Shown here piece after piece: positions 1-10,439 of a stretch of 64,000 nucleotides of DNA. How positions within the stretch are numbered: the stretch's first letter is position 1; each line of letters starts with the position of its first letter. The DNA comes from an uncultured Gammaproteobacteria bacterium (lineage in GTDB: Bacteria; Patescibacteriota; Patescibacteriia; UBA1558; S5-K13): NCBI GenBank assembly GCA_964424195.1, contig CAYRHT010000001.1:207542-271541 (forward strand), in the 5' to 3' direction. Below the pieces are notes generated by a model, which worked only from the letters and a program-made list of their open reading frames with translations, had not been told where the DNA came from and made no database searches. Position numbers and translations under genes: made by a program.

Positions 1-366
1 TACAAATTCAGGAGCTGGTCTATGAATAGGATCTCTTTGAATTTTATCAGAAAAAGGTTTGTCATCTACTGGCTCACCAATAACATTAAATATTCTTCCT
101 AATGTTTTTTCTCCAACTGGAGCAGTGATAAATTTACCAGTATTAACAACTTCATCACCTCGCTTTAAACCATCAGTAGAGGACATAGCAATTGTTCTAA
201 CTACACCAGAACCAATATGTTGTTCAACTTCTAGAACAATTTTCTTTTTATCATTTGTTATTTCTAAAGCTGTATATATTTCTGGAAGTTTTCCTTCAAA
301 AGCAACATCAATTACAGCTCCGATAACTTGTTTAATTTTTCCTAAAGATTTGTCTTCTTTTGTCAT
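1..366 (-). CDS. atpD: F1Fo ATP synthase subunit beta, N-terminal part (runs off window)
   Basis: Hand translation from ATG at 366 gives [35 protein letters not shown]; lies directly after atpG. Confidence 0.95.
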   Translation of the reverse strand, partial: MTKEDKSLGKIKQVIGAVIDVAFEGKLPEIYTALEITNDKKKIVLEVEQHIGSGVVRTIAMSSTDGLKRGDEVVNTGKFITAPVGEKTLGRIFNVIGEPVDDKPFSDKIQRDPIHRPAPEFV

Positions 367-399
367 AAATTTAATATTTTAATATTTTTTAAATAATAA

Positions 400-1353
400 T
401 TATTTTAAAGCATTAGCACCAGCACTTATTTCTGCAATTTCAGAAGTAATACTAGCTTGTCGAGCTTTATTGTAAAATAGAGTAAGTTCATCAATAATAT
501 CACTAGCAGCAGAAGTAGCATTCCGCATAGCATTCATTCGAGCACTATGTTCGGAAGCATTTGATTCTAACAAAGCTTGGAATAATTGAACTTCTACTAA
601 TCTAGGCACCATTTCATTTAAAACTTCTTCCGGCCCTGGTTCAAAAACATAATCAAATTTACCAGCGGCATATTTATCTTTCACTTCTAAATATTTTTCT
701 TCTTTTCCATGAATATATTCTTTATCTGTTTTTAAACGAGTATCTTCACCAACTACACCTAGACAACCATCTTCTTTGTTAACATCAACTGGAATAATTT
801 GTTTAATTCTTGGTTCTTGAGTGACAGCATTTACAAAGTCAGTATAGGCGACCATGACCTTGTCGTATTTATGAGCTAGATAATCATCAACAATCATTTT
901 AGCTAAAGGTCGAACCTCTAACACTTCAGTAAGGGCATCGTTTTTATCAAATTCCGCAATAATATTATGACCTCTTTTATGAACAGAGGAGCCTCTTTTT
1001 CCTAAAAGAATAAAATCAGTTTGAACTTCACCTTCAATAGATTGAATAGCCTTATTAACAATAGCAGTATTTAAACTACCACAAAGACCTCGATTAGCTG
1101 TAATTAAAACAACACATACTTTTTTAATATCCTTCTTATATGTTAAGAGAGGATGTTTTTCATAAAGATTATTAGTAGAATTAGAAAGATTTAAAACAGT
1201 CATCCAACTTAAATTAGCATAACTTCTAGTTCTAAGTACAGCTTCTACTGATTTACGCATCTTTGCCGCAGCTACCATTTCCATAGCTTTAGTAATTTTC
1301 TTGGTATTCTTTACCGACTTGATCCGTTGTTGTATTTCTTTGGTTTTAGCCAT
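400..1353 (-). CDS. atpG: ATP synthase gamma subunit
   Basis: KITKAMEMVAAAK, RGLCG and NKARQASITSEIAEI motifs. Confidence 0.97.
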   Translation of the reverse strand: MAKTKEIQQRIKSVKNTKKITKAMEMVAAAKMRKSVEAVLRTRSYANLSWMTVLNLSNSTNNLYEKHPLLTYKKDIKKVCVVLITANRGLCGSLNTAIVNKAIQSIEGEVQTDFILLGKRGSSVHKRGHNIIAEFDKNDALTEVLEVRPLAKMIVDDYLAHKYDKVMVAYTDFVNAVTQEPRIKQIIPVDVNKEDGCLGVVGEDTRLKTDKEYIHGKEEKYLEVKDKYAAGKFDYVFEPGPEEVLNEMVPRLVEVQLFQALLESNASEHSARMNAMRNATSAASDIIDELTLFYNKARQASITSEIAEISAGANALK

Positions 1354-1377
1354 TTTAATTTATAATTAAACAATTGT

Positions 1378-2892
1378 TTATACAGTCTTTTTATAATCTT
1401 CTACTAACTTAGTAATTTCCTTTTGCAGAGCATCACTAAAATCTTTGTCATTTTCTATTTTCTTTAATAATGCTTTTCCAGTAGTTTCAGCATATTGATA
1501 TAATCCTTCTTCAAACTCTCTTATTTTTTCTAATTCCACATCATCAAGTAATCCGTTTGTTAAAGCAAAGAAAATTATAACTTGATTAATAATTGGAACA
1601 GGAGCGTATTGACCTTGTTTGAAAATTTCCATTAATCTTTTACCTCTTTCTAATTTGTTCTTAGTTTCATCATCTAAATCAGAACCAAATTGAGCAAAAG
1701 CAGCTAATTCTCGATATTGAGCAGCTTCCAATTTTAACTTACCAGCTACTTTTTTCATTGATTTAATTTGAGCATTAGAACCTACTCTAGAAACTGAAAT
1801 ACCTTCATTAATCGCTGGTCTTTGACCTTGATTGAATAAACTAGATTCTAAAAAGATTTGTCCGTCGGTAATAGAAATAACATTAGTTGGAATATATGCT
1901 GATACATCACCAGATTGAGTTTCAATAATAGGAAGAGCAGTAATTGATCCACCACCATGTTCTTTGTTTAATTTACATGATCTTTCTAGTAATCTTGAAT
2001 GGAGATAAAACACATCTCCAGGATAAGCTTCTCGTCCTGGTGGTCGTTTAAGTAATAATGAAATTTCTCTGTAAGATACAGCATGCTTTGATAAATCATC
2101 ATAGATGATTAAAGCATCTTCACCTTTATCTAAGAAGTACTCGGCAATAGCTGAACCAGAATAAGGAGCGATGTATAATAATGACGCTGGATCAGAAGCA
2201 GAAGCTAAAACAATAGTAGTATATTTCATAGCACCAGCTTTTTCTAATTTTTCAACAATACCAGCAATCTTAGATTCTTTTTGTCCGATAGCTACATAAA
2301 CACATTTTACGTTTTGACCTTTTTGATTAATGATTGTATCAATAGCAATAGCAGTTTTACCAGTTTGTCGATCACCAATAATTAATTCTCTTTGACCTCG
2401 ACCAATTGGAATAATTGAATCAATGGATTTGATACCAGTTTGAAGTGGTTCATTAACTGAAGCTCTAGAAATAACACCAGAAGCAACTTTTTCAATTGGA
2501 TAATTATCTTTAGTTTCAATAGCTCCTTTTCCATCTACTGCTTCACCAAGAGGATTTACAACTCTACCAACCATATTTTCTCCAACTGGGATTGATAGAA
2601 TCTTTCGAAGACATTTAGCTTTGTCACCTTCTTTAATTTTAGTAGCTTCACCAAGGATAATTGCACCAACTTCACCTTCTTCTAAATTTAGAGCTACTCC
2701 ATAAACTTTATCACCTTTATCATTTTCAAATTCAATCATTTCTGACATCATGACATCATCAATACCAGAAATTTTAGCGATACCATCGCCAATTTCAATA
2801 ACTTTACCAACTATTTCTTCTTTAGTGTCAGACTTATAGTCAGAAATTTGTTTTTTTAATTGTTCTACAATAAAGTCTTTAGATATTTCCAT
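1378..2892 (-). CDS. atpA: ATP synthase alpha subunit
   Basis: GDRQTGKT Walker A; [21 protein letters not shown]. Confidence 0.98.
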   Translation of the reverse strand: MEISKDFIVEQLKKQISDYKSDTKEEIVGKVIEIGDGIAKISGIDDVMMSEMIEFENDKGDKVYGVALNLEEGEVGAIILGEATKIKEGDKAKCLRKILSIPVGENMVGRVVNPLGEAVDGKGAIETKDNYPIEKVASGVISRASVNEPLQTGIKSIDSIIPIGRGQRELIIGDRQTGKTAIAIDTIINQKGQNVKCVYVAIGQKESKIAGIVEKLEKAGAMKYTTIVLASASDPASLLYIAPYSGSAIAEYFLDKGEDALIIYDDLSKHAVSYREISLLLKRPPGREAYPGDVFYLHSRLLERSCKLNKEHGGGSITALPIIETQSGDVSAYIPTNVISITDGQIFLESSLFNQGQRPAINEGISVSRVGSNAQIKSMKKVAGKLKLEAAQYRELAAFAQFGSDLDDETKNKLERGKRLMEIFKQGQYAPVPIINQVIIFFALTNGLLDDVELEKIREFEEGLYQYAETTGKALLKKIENDKDFSDALQKEITKLVEDYKKTV

Positions 2893-2922
2893 ATATTTAT
2901 TTATATTTAATTATTTATATAT

Positions 2923-3327
2923 TTAATTTGAAATCATTTTAATTCTTAAATTGTTGATTCTAGTTTTTAAACTATTATCTAAAATTCGGTCACCATATTT
3001 AATAATAGTGCCAGAAATTAAATCTTTACTTATTATTTTTTCTACTTCTAATTTTTCAGCTCCAGATAATTCTTTAATATGATCTTCTAAAGAACTAGAA
3101 GTTGCTTGATCAATCTCTAAGGCAGTAGTAATACTAGCTTTAACTATTTTATTTTCTTTATTCCAAATAGCATCAAATTCTTCCAGAACTTTATCAATTT
3201 TTGCTAAATCATTTTTCTTAGCTAATAAATCAATGAAATTTTTTAAAACTACATTAATTTCTTTTTCGCTTTTACCATTCACTGATTCGAATAAAGCTTG
3301 AGCGTATTTTTTATTAGTAAGTTTCAT
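2923..3327 (-). CDS. atpH: ATP synthase delta subunit (short form)
   Basis: KYAQALF and C-terminal GDRILDNSLKTR; operon position. Confidence 0.9.
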   Translation of the reverse strand: MKLTNKKYAQALFESVNGKSEKEINVVLKNFIDLLAKKNDLAKIDKVLEEFDAIWNKENKIVKASITTALEIDQATSSSLEDHIKELSGAEKLEVEKIISKDLISGTIIKYGDRILDNSLKTRINNLRIKMISN

Positions 3328-3827
3328 TATTTATTGATTATATCTTTAATTATTTTTTCGTTCTTTTTAGGATCAATTCTTTTCCCTAATACTTTTTCTA
3401 AAGAGAGGATTACTAAGTCTGTTACTTCTTGTTTTACCTCTTTAACTGCTTGAGCTCTTTCTAAACCAATTTTTTCTTTTTCATTAGTAATAATATCTTT
3501 GATTTCTTCTTTAGCTTTAGTAATAATCATATTTCTTTTATCTTCACCAGCTTTAGTAGATGTTTCAATGATTTCTTTAGCTTCTTTTTTAGCTTTATTT
3601 AAAGTTTCTTCTAGAACCTTCTTTTTTTCTTCTTCTAACTCAATTAATCTTTTTTCAGCTTTTTCAGCATCAGTAATTCCTTTTTCAATTTTATCTTTTC
3701 GATCATCTAAAAACTTAAGCATTGGTTTGTAAGCAAACTTCCAGAGAATGAAAAGAAATATTGCAAAGTTAAAAAATTGAGCAATTAAGATTTTTAAGTT
3801 TAAGCCGAGGGCGTTAAATAATTCCAT
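3327..3827 (-). CDS. atpF: ATP synthase subunit b
   Basis: N-terminal TM (AQFFNFAIFLFILWKFAYKP) plus coiled coil; operon position. Confidence 0.95.
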   Translation of the reverse strand: MELFNALGLNLKILIAQFFNFAIFLFILWKFAYKPMLKFLDDRKDKIEKGITDAEKAEKRLIELEEEKKKVLEETLNKAKKEAKEIIETSTKAGEDKRNMIITKAKEEIKDIITNEKEKIGLERAQAVKEVKQEVTDLVILSLEKVLGKRIDPKKNEKIIKDIINK

Positions 3828-3894
3828 ATTTTTATAATTTTTAATTTAAGATCAAAGGTATTCTACTCTGAAGAGAGTAGAATGGACTCTGCCC

Positions 3895-4140
<246 letters not shown>

Positions 4141-4152
4141 TTATTAATTATA

Positions 4153-4971
4153 TTAAATTGTGGCTGCTTCGATCATTTTGTCTTCTTCAATCTCCGAAGC
4201 CATATTTATAAATATTAGAGTTAAAACTGCAAACACGAAAGGCTGAACAATAGCTGTTAATAATCCTAAGAATAGAAATGGTATGGGAACAATAAAAGGG
4301 GCTAGGAATAGAAATACAGCCGCTAATACTTCAGAGGCAAACATGTTTCCAAACAAACGAAATGATAATGAAATAATTTTAGCAACTTCTCCAACAATAT
4401 CCATGACTCCTAAGAATAAATCTAAAAATCCTTGAGCTAATAATCCAAATTCTAATTTTCCTTTAAAAGTTTGAACAAAGAAATCTTTTACTCCACTAAA
4501 GTTTAAAAATTTTCCAACATATTTAAAAGGACCGTGAATACTAATAGCTACAATTTGAGTTGTGATTACTGACACTAAAGTCATTACAAATACTAAACTA
4601 TAGTCAGCTACAATTGTTCGAAAAAGAGGAACTATGCCACCAGCTGTTTTAATAGTCACAGCAGCTTGCCCAGGAATGAAAGTAACTAAGTTAGCAGTAA
4701 AAGTTATTAAAAACATAGAAAATACTAAAGGAAAAACTCTTTTAGCTTTCTTTTCACTACTAACTACACTAACTACAAAATCAAAAGCTCCACCAATGAT
4801 AAGTTCAAAAAGACCTTGGCCTCGGCCAGGGACTTTCTTTAATGATTTAACCATTAAAACAAGAGTAATTACTACAACAGTATTTAAAATTATTCCCCAA
4901 AAAAATGCATTGCTTACTGCAAATGATCCAATGTAGAATAATATATGTGGTGCTAGGGAAACTCCGTCCAT
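4153..4971 (-). CDS. atpB: ATP synthase subunit a
   Basis: ISLSFRLFGNMFASE and IVQPFVF; multi-TM. Confidence 0.95.
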   Translation of the reverse strand: MDGVSLAPHILFYIGSFAVSNAFFWGIILNTVVVITLVLMVKSLKKVPGRGQGLFELIIGGAFDFVVSVVSSEKKAKRVFPLVFSMFLITFTANLVTFIPGQAAVTIKTAGGIVPLFRTIVADYSLVFVMTLVSVITTQIVAISIHGPFKYVGKFLNFSGVKDFFVQTFKGKLEFGLLAQGFLDLFLGVMDIVGEVAKIISLSFRLFGNMFASEVLAAVFLFLAPFIVPIPFLFLGLLTAIVQPFVFAVLTLIFINMASEIEEDKMIEAATI

Positions 4972-4976
4972 AGTAT

Positions 4977-5303
4977 TTATGAGTTATTATCTTGATTAAT
5001 TATTTCTTGTTCTTCTTTCTTCTTCTTTTCTTTTTCTTGGCTGTATTCTTTTAATTCACTAGTTAGTTTTCGGATTCTTTTTAAAATTAAGATATTACTG
5101 AATACAAAAGCTACTACTAAACCACCAATTGTTAAATAGGGTTTAGTTCCTAAATAATTGTCTAATAATAGTCCACTACCAACAAATACTAGAATAGGTC
5201 CTAAAATAGAAGCCGCATTATAATATAGCATTCCAGTGGCAATATCTTTAATAGCTGTCGGTTTGAATAATTTTTCTTTCTGATTGTTTAATTTATTTTC
5301 CAT
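4977..5303 (-). CDS. AtpZ/AtpI-family membrane protein
   Basis: Two TM segments with GLLLDNYLGTKP motif; first gene of the atp operon. Confidence 0.8.
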   Translation of the reverse strand: MENKLNNQKEKLFKPTAIKDIATGMLYYNAASILGPILVFVGSGLLLDNYLGTKPYLTIGGLVVAFVFSNILILKRIRKLTSELKEYSQEKEKKKKEEQEIINQDNNS

Positions 5304-5361
5304 AATCTTAATTATACTAGATATTTAGAATTTTAACTAAAATAGGCGTAAGATAGGAAAA

Positions 5362-5390
5362 ATTATACAGCAATTTAACTTCAAAGTCAA
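5362..5390 (-). promoter_or_regulatory. Sigma70 promoter of the atp operon
   Basis: Minus strand TTGACT-N17-TATAAT. Confidence 0.7.
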
Positions 5391-5493
5391 TAAAATTTTT
5401 ATGTCTATTTGTGGATAAACCTATTGATGATTTTAGAGAAAAGGAGTAAGTTTAAGAATAAGAATACAAAAATATGTAAAAAAGGAGGAAAAA

Positions 5494-5916
5494 ATGAAAA
5501 CATGTTTTTTATTTATTATTTTACTGTTTGTTCTCATTGCTTGTTCGGTTACTCAATCAGAACCAGAGGAATTATCTCCAAAAGAGTTGCCCTTATCAGT
5601 TATTGATTCGATTAATGATCAGATGATTACAGAATTTACTATTTTTAAAAAATGTTGGATAGAAGGTGATTCTTTAAGAATAGAATATACTTTAACTGAA
5701 AAAGATTCAGTGTCTATCAAGATTTATAATCCCAGTGGTGTATTAGTTGAAGTATTGGTTGATGAAAATGCTGTAGATATTGGTGATTATTCTGAAGCCT
5801 GTAATTTGAAGGCCCTAAAAGATCCGAAAGATTTGAAGACTCGTCCTGGATTTTATTTCTGCAAAATGAAAAATGGCAAAGTTCAGGAAGTTAAAAAAGT
5901 TTTATTAAAAAAATAA
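5494..5916 (+). CDS. Putative lipoprotein with FlgD-Ig/T9SS-CTD-like beta-sandwich
   Basis: Signal peptide ending LIAC; IEYTL...VSIKIYN..G.LV...G.YFCKM...KKVLLKK pattern; AGGAGG SD at 5483-5488. Confidence 0.65.
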   Translation: MKTCFLFIILLFVLIACSVTQSEPEELSPKELPLSVIDSINDQMITEFTIFKKCWIEGDSLRIEYTLTEKDSVSIKIYNPSGVLVEVLVDENAVDIGDYSEACNLKALKDPKDLKTRPGFYFCKMKNGKVQEVKKVLLKK

Positions 5917-5940
5917 ATCTTTAATGTCTAATAGTATATA

Positions 5941-5975
5941 ATATCCTTACTTATAAGAGTGAGGATATTTTTTTT
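5941..5975 (+). terminator. Intrinsic terminator
   Basis: ATATCCTTAC...GTGAGGATAT stem followed by a T run. Confidence 0.65.
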
Positions 5976-6002
5976 GACTGAAAAACATTAAAAAGGTAAT
6001 AT
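5974..6002 (+). promoter_or_regulatory. Sigma70 promoter, probably giving a leaderless uvrD mRNA
   Basis: TTGACT-N17-TAATAT ending 7 nt before ATG 6010. Confidence 0.55.
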
Positions 6003-6009
6003 TCACTAT

Positions 6010-9000
6010 ATGAGTAATGATTTAAAACTTAATAAAGAACAAAAAGAAGCTATTGAATATGGAGAGGGACCACTATTAATAGTAGCTGGTGCTGGAACTG
6101 GTAAAACTACGGTTTTAACTCAGCGAGTTTTTCATTTACTAGAAAAAAAGAAACTTGAACCGGATAATGTTTTAGCTCTAACTTTTACTGAAAAATCAGC
6201 TGGAGAAATGGAAGATCGTTTAGATCAGATTTTACCTTATGCTTATACTGACCTTTGGGTAATGACTTTTCATTCTTTTGGTCAAAAGATTCTAGAAGAC
6301 AATGGTCTGGACATTGGCTTACCAAGTAATTTTAAAGTTCTGGATCAAACTGGTTTATGGATTTTGATTAAGAAAAATTTAGATCGTTTTAATTTAGATT
6401 ATTATCAGCCCTTAAGTAATCCAACTAAATTTATAAAGGAGTTAATTAATCATTTTTCTCGTTGCAAAGATGAACTGATTCAAGCTCAAGATTATTTAGA
6501 TTATGCCGAGAAAGTGAAAATGAATCAGGATAAGAGAAATAACGAGGATGCCGAATGGGAAACCAAGCGTTTAGAAGAAATTGCTAATGCCTATCACACC
6601 TACCAACAAATTCTTCTAGAAAATGATGTTTTAGACTTTGGTGATTTAATTAATTATTGTTTAAAACTTTTCAAAGAACGACCAAATATTTTAAAGAAAT
6701 ATCAAGAACAATTTAAATACATTTTAGTAGATGAATTTCAAGATACTAATTATGCTCAATATGAATTAGTAAAATTATTGGCTTTACCTCAGAATAATAT
6801 TACAGTGGTTGGTGATGATGACCAATGTTTAGCTCCTAATGCAAAGGTTTTAATTCCAGATGGTCAGAAAGCTATTAAAGATTTTAAAGTAGGAGACGAA
6901 ATATTAACAGCAGTTGGTAAGGGACATGTGGGAGTTTCTAAAGTAAATCATGTATTTAAGAATAAGAAAAAGACAGAGTTTTTAACAATTAAGACAAAAA
7001 GAGGTTATCAATTAGAAGTGACAGATAATCATAAAATGTTTTGTCATGTTCCGTCGTCTAGAATCACTAATCAGTATGTATATGTTTATTTAATGTGGAG
7101 ACATGATATTGGCTGGAGAATCGGAATTACTAAGAATTTGTCTTGGCGTCTTTCTTTAGAAAGATCAGCTGACAAGATTTTAGGTATTAAAGCTTGTCAA
7201 TCTGAAGCAGAAGCTAGATTCTATGAACAACTTTATTCATTAAAGTACTCTATACCAACTTATTGTTTTAAACAAAGAAAAGGATTAAGTATTAATGAAG
7301 AGAGTTTAAAAAATTTATATCAAGAATTAGATGTTGATGCTGGAGTAGCGAGATTAACTAGTGATTTAAATATTGATTTAACTAGTTTTCATGTTTGTTT
7401 ATATGGAGTGATTAGAGGAAATAAAAAAAGAATTAAAATAAATTTGAATTTATGTCAGAGAAGATATAGAAGTAAATCGCATGTTAAGAATAAAAAAGAA
7501 TTAATGAGATCCTATACGATTTATCATGAGATTAATTTACAAACTTCAGATAAAGAAATTTTAAAAAAATTAGAAAATAATGGATATAGCCTACATCAGG
7601 CGAGAATAGGGAAAAGATTAAAAATCACTAATGCAAATTTATTAGATTTAAAGAAAGATTTAAAGAAAATTGAAAAGATAACTAATGGTATTGTTCAAGC
7701 TAGAGCTAAAATTGCTAAATTAAATTATCAAACTTTGCCAGCTTTAGTAATTCCAGCTAAGAATTTATTATTAGGACATTATCTTCCAGTAAAAGTTAAG
7801 AATGAGATTATTTATGATGAAATAGTAGAGATAAAATCAAAATTGAAAACATCAGTAGTATATGATTTAGAAGTAGATAGAACACATAATTTTTTGGCAG
7901 AAGGCGTTGTAGTTCATAATTCTATTTATGCTTTCCGAGGTTCATCTATGAATAATATTTTAGGTTTTAAAAGAGATTACAAAAAAACCAAAGAAATATT
8001 TTTAAATCAAAACTATCGTTCTGCTCAAAATATTTTAGATTTAAGTTATGATTTCATTCAACAAAATAATCCTCATCGTTTAGAAGTAAAATTGTCTGAA
8101 GGAAAGAATAAGCTTAGTAAAAAATTAAAATCTAATTCTAAAGAAGAAGGGGAGATTGCTGTTTTAAAAGCTCAATCAGAAAGCGATGAAGTTAAAGTAG
8201 TTATTGATCAAATTCATGATTTATTAAAAAAAGGATCTAATCTATCTTGGAGTGATTTCGCTATTCTAGTTCGTTCTAATTCTCAAGCTAAACCTTTCAC
8301 TATTGGGCTAGAAGAGGCTCAAATCCCTTATAATTTCGTAGCTTCCAATGGTCTTTATGAAAAAGAAATTATTATCGACATTATCGCCTATTTAAAATTA
8401 TTGGATAATTATCATGAATCATCTGCCGTTTGGAGAATTTTGAATCTCAGATTTTTAGATATTAATCCTCAAGACGCAGTTAATTTAAGTCATGCTGCTC
8501 GTAGAAAAACTGTCTCTTTATATACTGTTATTAAAAATAATCATTTTTATCTAAGTCTACCAGAGAAAACAACTAAAGCTTTGGATAAGATTGTTGCTTT
8601 AATTGAAAAACATAGTAAATTAGTTACTAAACAAAGTGTTTGGAAGATAATCTGGGCTTTTTTAATTGATAGTGGTTATTTAGCTTGGGTGGAGACTTTA
8701 GATGAAGCTCGGAAACAAGAAATTTTTTCTCATCTAAGTCAGTTTTACAAAAAAGTACAATTATTTGAAAAAGAAAGTGAAGCTCCGCGAGTAAAAGATT
8801 TTTTAGAATTTTTTAAACTAGAACTAGATTCTGGTGAAAAAGGTAAATTAGCTTCTAGTGTTGATGATGGTCCAGAATCAGTAAAAGTAATGACAGTTCA
8901 TGGTGCTAAAGGTTTAGAATTTAAATATGTCTTTATTGTTGGTTTGGTGGATAAGAGATTTCCAAGTATGGAAAGAAAAGAAAAAATTCAGATTCCTAAT

Positions 9001-10059
9001 GAATTAGTGAAAGAAACTTTAATTGATGGTAATGTTCATCTTCAAGAAGAACGAAGATTATTTTATGTAGCTATGACTAGAGCTAAACAAGGACTCTATT
9101 TTACTTGGGCTTTAGATTATGGTGGAGCTCGCTTGAAGAAACCTTCAATCTTTTTGAAGGAATTAGATTTGATTAAATTAGAAGAAGATTTAAGTAAAGA
9201 TGTGGAAATAGATTTTAATAAGCTAGGAGCTAGGGCTATTAAAGATGTTCGGCGGATTACCAAACAAGATTTACAGAAATTATTACCAAAACAGTTCTCT
9301 TTTAGTCAATTAGCAGCTCATAGTGCTTGTCCCCGACAATATTATTATGCCTATATTTTAAAGATTCCAATTTTAGGAAAACATGTTTTCTCTTATGGAA
9401 AATCAATGCATTTAGCATTACAAAAGTTCTTTGGTTTAATTAAAACTCGTTCTGAAATCAATCAAGGAGATCTATTCGAAGTTAAAACTAAGAAAACTAA
9501 GGATAAATTACCAGTTAGCTTGGAAGAGTTATTAAAAATCTATGAAGAATCTTGGATAGATGATTGGTATGAGAATAAGTCTGATAAGGATAAATATTTA
9601 AAGCAAGGTCGAGAGACTTTAAAAGATATATATAAATCAGTTGAAAAAGATCCTCCCCAAGTAAAGTATTTAGAAAAAGGTTTTAATGTTCGCTTTAAAA
9701 ACTATAGTTTTAAGGGTAATATTGATCGAGTAGATCAAATTAAGGGAGGAGTACAATTAGTTGATTACAAAACAGGTAATCCTAAAGAAAAATTAACCTT
9801 TGCTGACAAAGAGCAATTGTTAATTTATCAAATTGCCTATGAAGATGTCTTTCAAGAAAAAGTTCAGAATCTAAAGTTTCATTATTTGAATAATAATACG
9901 GAGATTGATTTCTTAGGTAAAGAAAAAGAGTTAATTAAAGTTAAAGAGAAATTAGTTGAAACCATTGATCAAATTAATTCTTGTAATTTCAAGGCTGACC
10001 CTTCAGAATTTAAATGTACTTATTGTGATTTCAAGGATATTTGTCCCTTTAAAGTTTAG
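6010..10059 (+). CDS. UvrD/PcrA-family helicase fused to a C-terminal PD-(D/E)XK nuclease (AdnAB/AddAB-like); intein-containing
   Basis: AGAGTGKT, VDEFQD, MTVHGAKGLEF and EERRLFYVAMTRA helicase motifs; GNIDRVD...VDYKTG nuclease; Cys pattern CPRQY...CTYCDFKDICP. Confidence 0.92.
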   Translation: MSNDLKLNKEQKEAIEYGEGPLLIVAGAGTGKTTVLTQRVFHLLEKKKLEPDNVLALTFTEKSAGEMEDRLDQILPYAYTDLWVMTFHSFGQKILEDNGLDIGLPSNFKVLDQTGLWILIKKNLDRFNLDYYQPLSNPTKFIKELINHFSRCKDELIQAQDYLDYAEKVKMNQDKRNNEDAEWETKRLEEIANAYHTYQQILLENDVLDFGDLINYCLKLFKERPNILKKYQEQFKYILVDEFQDTNYAQYELVKLLALPQNNITVVGDDDQCLAPNAKVLIPDGQKAIKDFKVGDEILTAVGKGHVGVSKVNHVFKNKKKTEFLTIKTKRGYQLEVTDNHKMFCHVPSSRITNQYVYVYLMWRHDIGWRIGITKNLSWRLSLERSADKILGIKACQSEAEARFYEQLYSLKYSIPTYCFKQRKGLSINEESLKNLYQELDVDAGVARLTSDLNIDLTSFHVCLYGVIRGNKKRIKINLNLCQRRYRSKSHVKNKKELMRSYTIYHEINLQTSDKEILKKLENNGYSLHQARIGKRLKITNANLLDLKKDLKKIEKITNGIVQARAKIAKLNYQTLPALVIPAKNLLLGHYLPVKVKNEIIYDEIVEIKSKLKTSVVYDLEVDRTHNFLAEGVVVHNSIYAFRGSSMNNILGFKRDYKKTKEIFLNQNYRSAQNILDLSYDFIQQNNPHRLEVKLSEGKNKLSKKLKSNSKEEGEIAVLKAQSESDEVKVVIDQIHDLLKKGSNLSWSDFAILVRSNSQAKPFTIGLEEAQIPYNFVASNGLYEKEIIIDIIAYLKLLDNYHESSAVWRILNLRFLDINPQDAVNLSHAARRKTVSLYTVIKNNHFYLSLPEKTTKALDKIVALIEKHSKLVTKQSVWKIIWAFLIDSGYLAWVETLDEARKQEIFSHLSQFYKKVQLFEKESEAPRVKDFLEFFKLELDSGEKGKLASSVDDGPESVKVMTVHGAKGLEFKYVFIVGLVDKRFPSMERKEKIQIPNELVKETLIDGNVHLQEERRLFYVAMTRAKQGLYFTWALDYGGARLKKPSIFLKELDLIKLEEDLSKDVEIDFNKLGARAIKDVRRITKQDLQKLLPKQFSFSQLAAHSACPRQYYYAYILKIPILGKHVFSYGKSMHLALQKFFGLIKTRSEINQGDLFEVKTKKTKDKLPVSLEELLKIYEESWIDDWYENKSDKDKYLKQGRETLKDIYKSVEKDPPQVKYLEKGFNVRFKNYSFKGNIDRVDQIKGGVQLVDYKTGNPKEKLTFADKEQLLIYQIAYEDVFQEKVQNLKFHYLNNNTEIDFLGKEKELIKVKEKLVETIDQINSCNFKADPSEFKCTYCDFKDICPFKV
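6826..7920 (+). mobile_element. Intein (365 aa) in helicase motif III, with a GIY-YIG-like central domain
   Basis: Splits GDDDQ|SIYAFRG; starts CLAPNAKV; block B TDNH; ends VYDLEV...HNF...VVHN followed by Ser. Confidence 0.93.
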
Positions 10060-10086
10060 ATTATTTAATTAGAAGTTAATAAAATT

Positions 10087-10383
10087 ATGTCATTTATAGA
10101 TTTAAACAATCTCTTACCTCAGAGTTTAACGAGGAATAGAATTAAGCCGCAAATAGAAGCGACTAATGTTTTAGTTGAGTGTCAGAAGTTGATTGAACAA
10201 GTTTGGGGAAAAGAAATTTCTAATTTAGTAGAACCTAAATATGTTAAAGAAAGAATATTGTATATGCACTGTAATTCTTCCACAGCAGCTAATGCTCTAA
10301 GTCTAGCTAAGAAGAAAATAGTAGAAGAGGTGAATAAATCTTGTGGAGAAGAATTAATTACAGATATTGTTTTTTGGCAATAG
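10087..10383 (+). CDS. DUF721/DciA-family protein
   Basis: Size and pattern ILYMHCNSSTAANALSL...IVEEVN...ITDIVF resemble DUF721. Confidence 0.7.
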   Translation: MSFIDLNNLLPQSLTRNRIKPQIEATNVLVECQKLIEQVWGKEISNLVEPKYVKERILYMHCNSSTAANALSLAKKKIVEEVNKSCGEELITDIVFWQ

Positions 10384-10401
10384 ATTACTTTTAAAGAAAT
10401 T

Positions 10402-10439
10402 AAAAAACCGACCAAGATTGTGTGGTCGGTTTTGTTTTT
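10402..10439. terminator. Bidirectional terminator between convergent genes
   Basis: AAAACCGACCA-loop-TGGTCGGTTTT flanked by A and T runs. Confidence 0.75.

Noticed and set aside
5410-5418. Perfect DnaA box (TGTGGATAA) at a strand switch, possible oriC
   Set aside because: Single box, no cluster, and no dnaA/dnaN nearby.
5409-5606. 65-aa ORF overlapping the lipoprotein gene
   Set aside because: Out-of-frame overlap; the SD supports the 5494 start.
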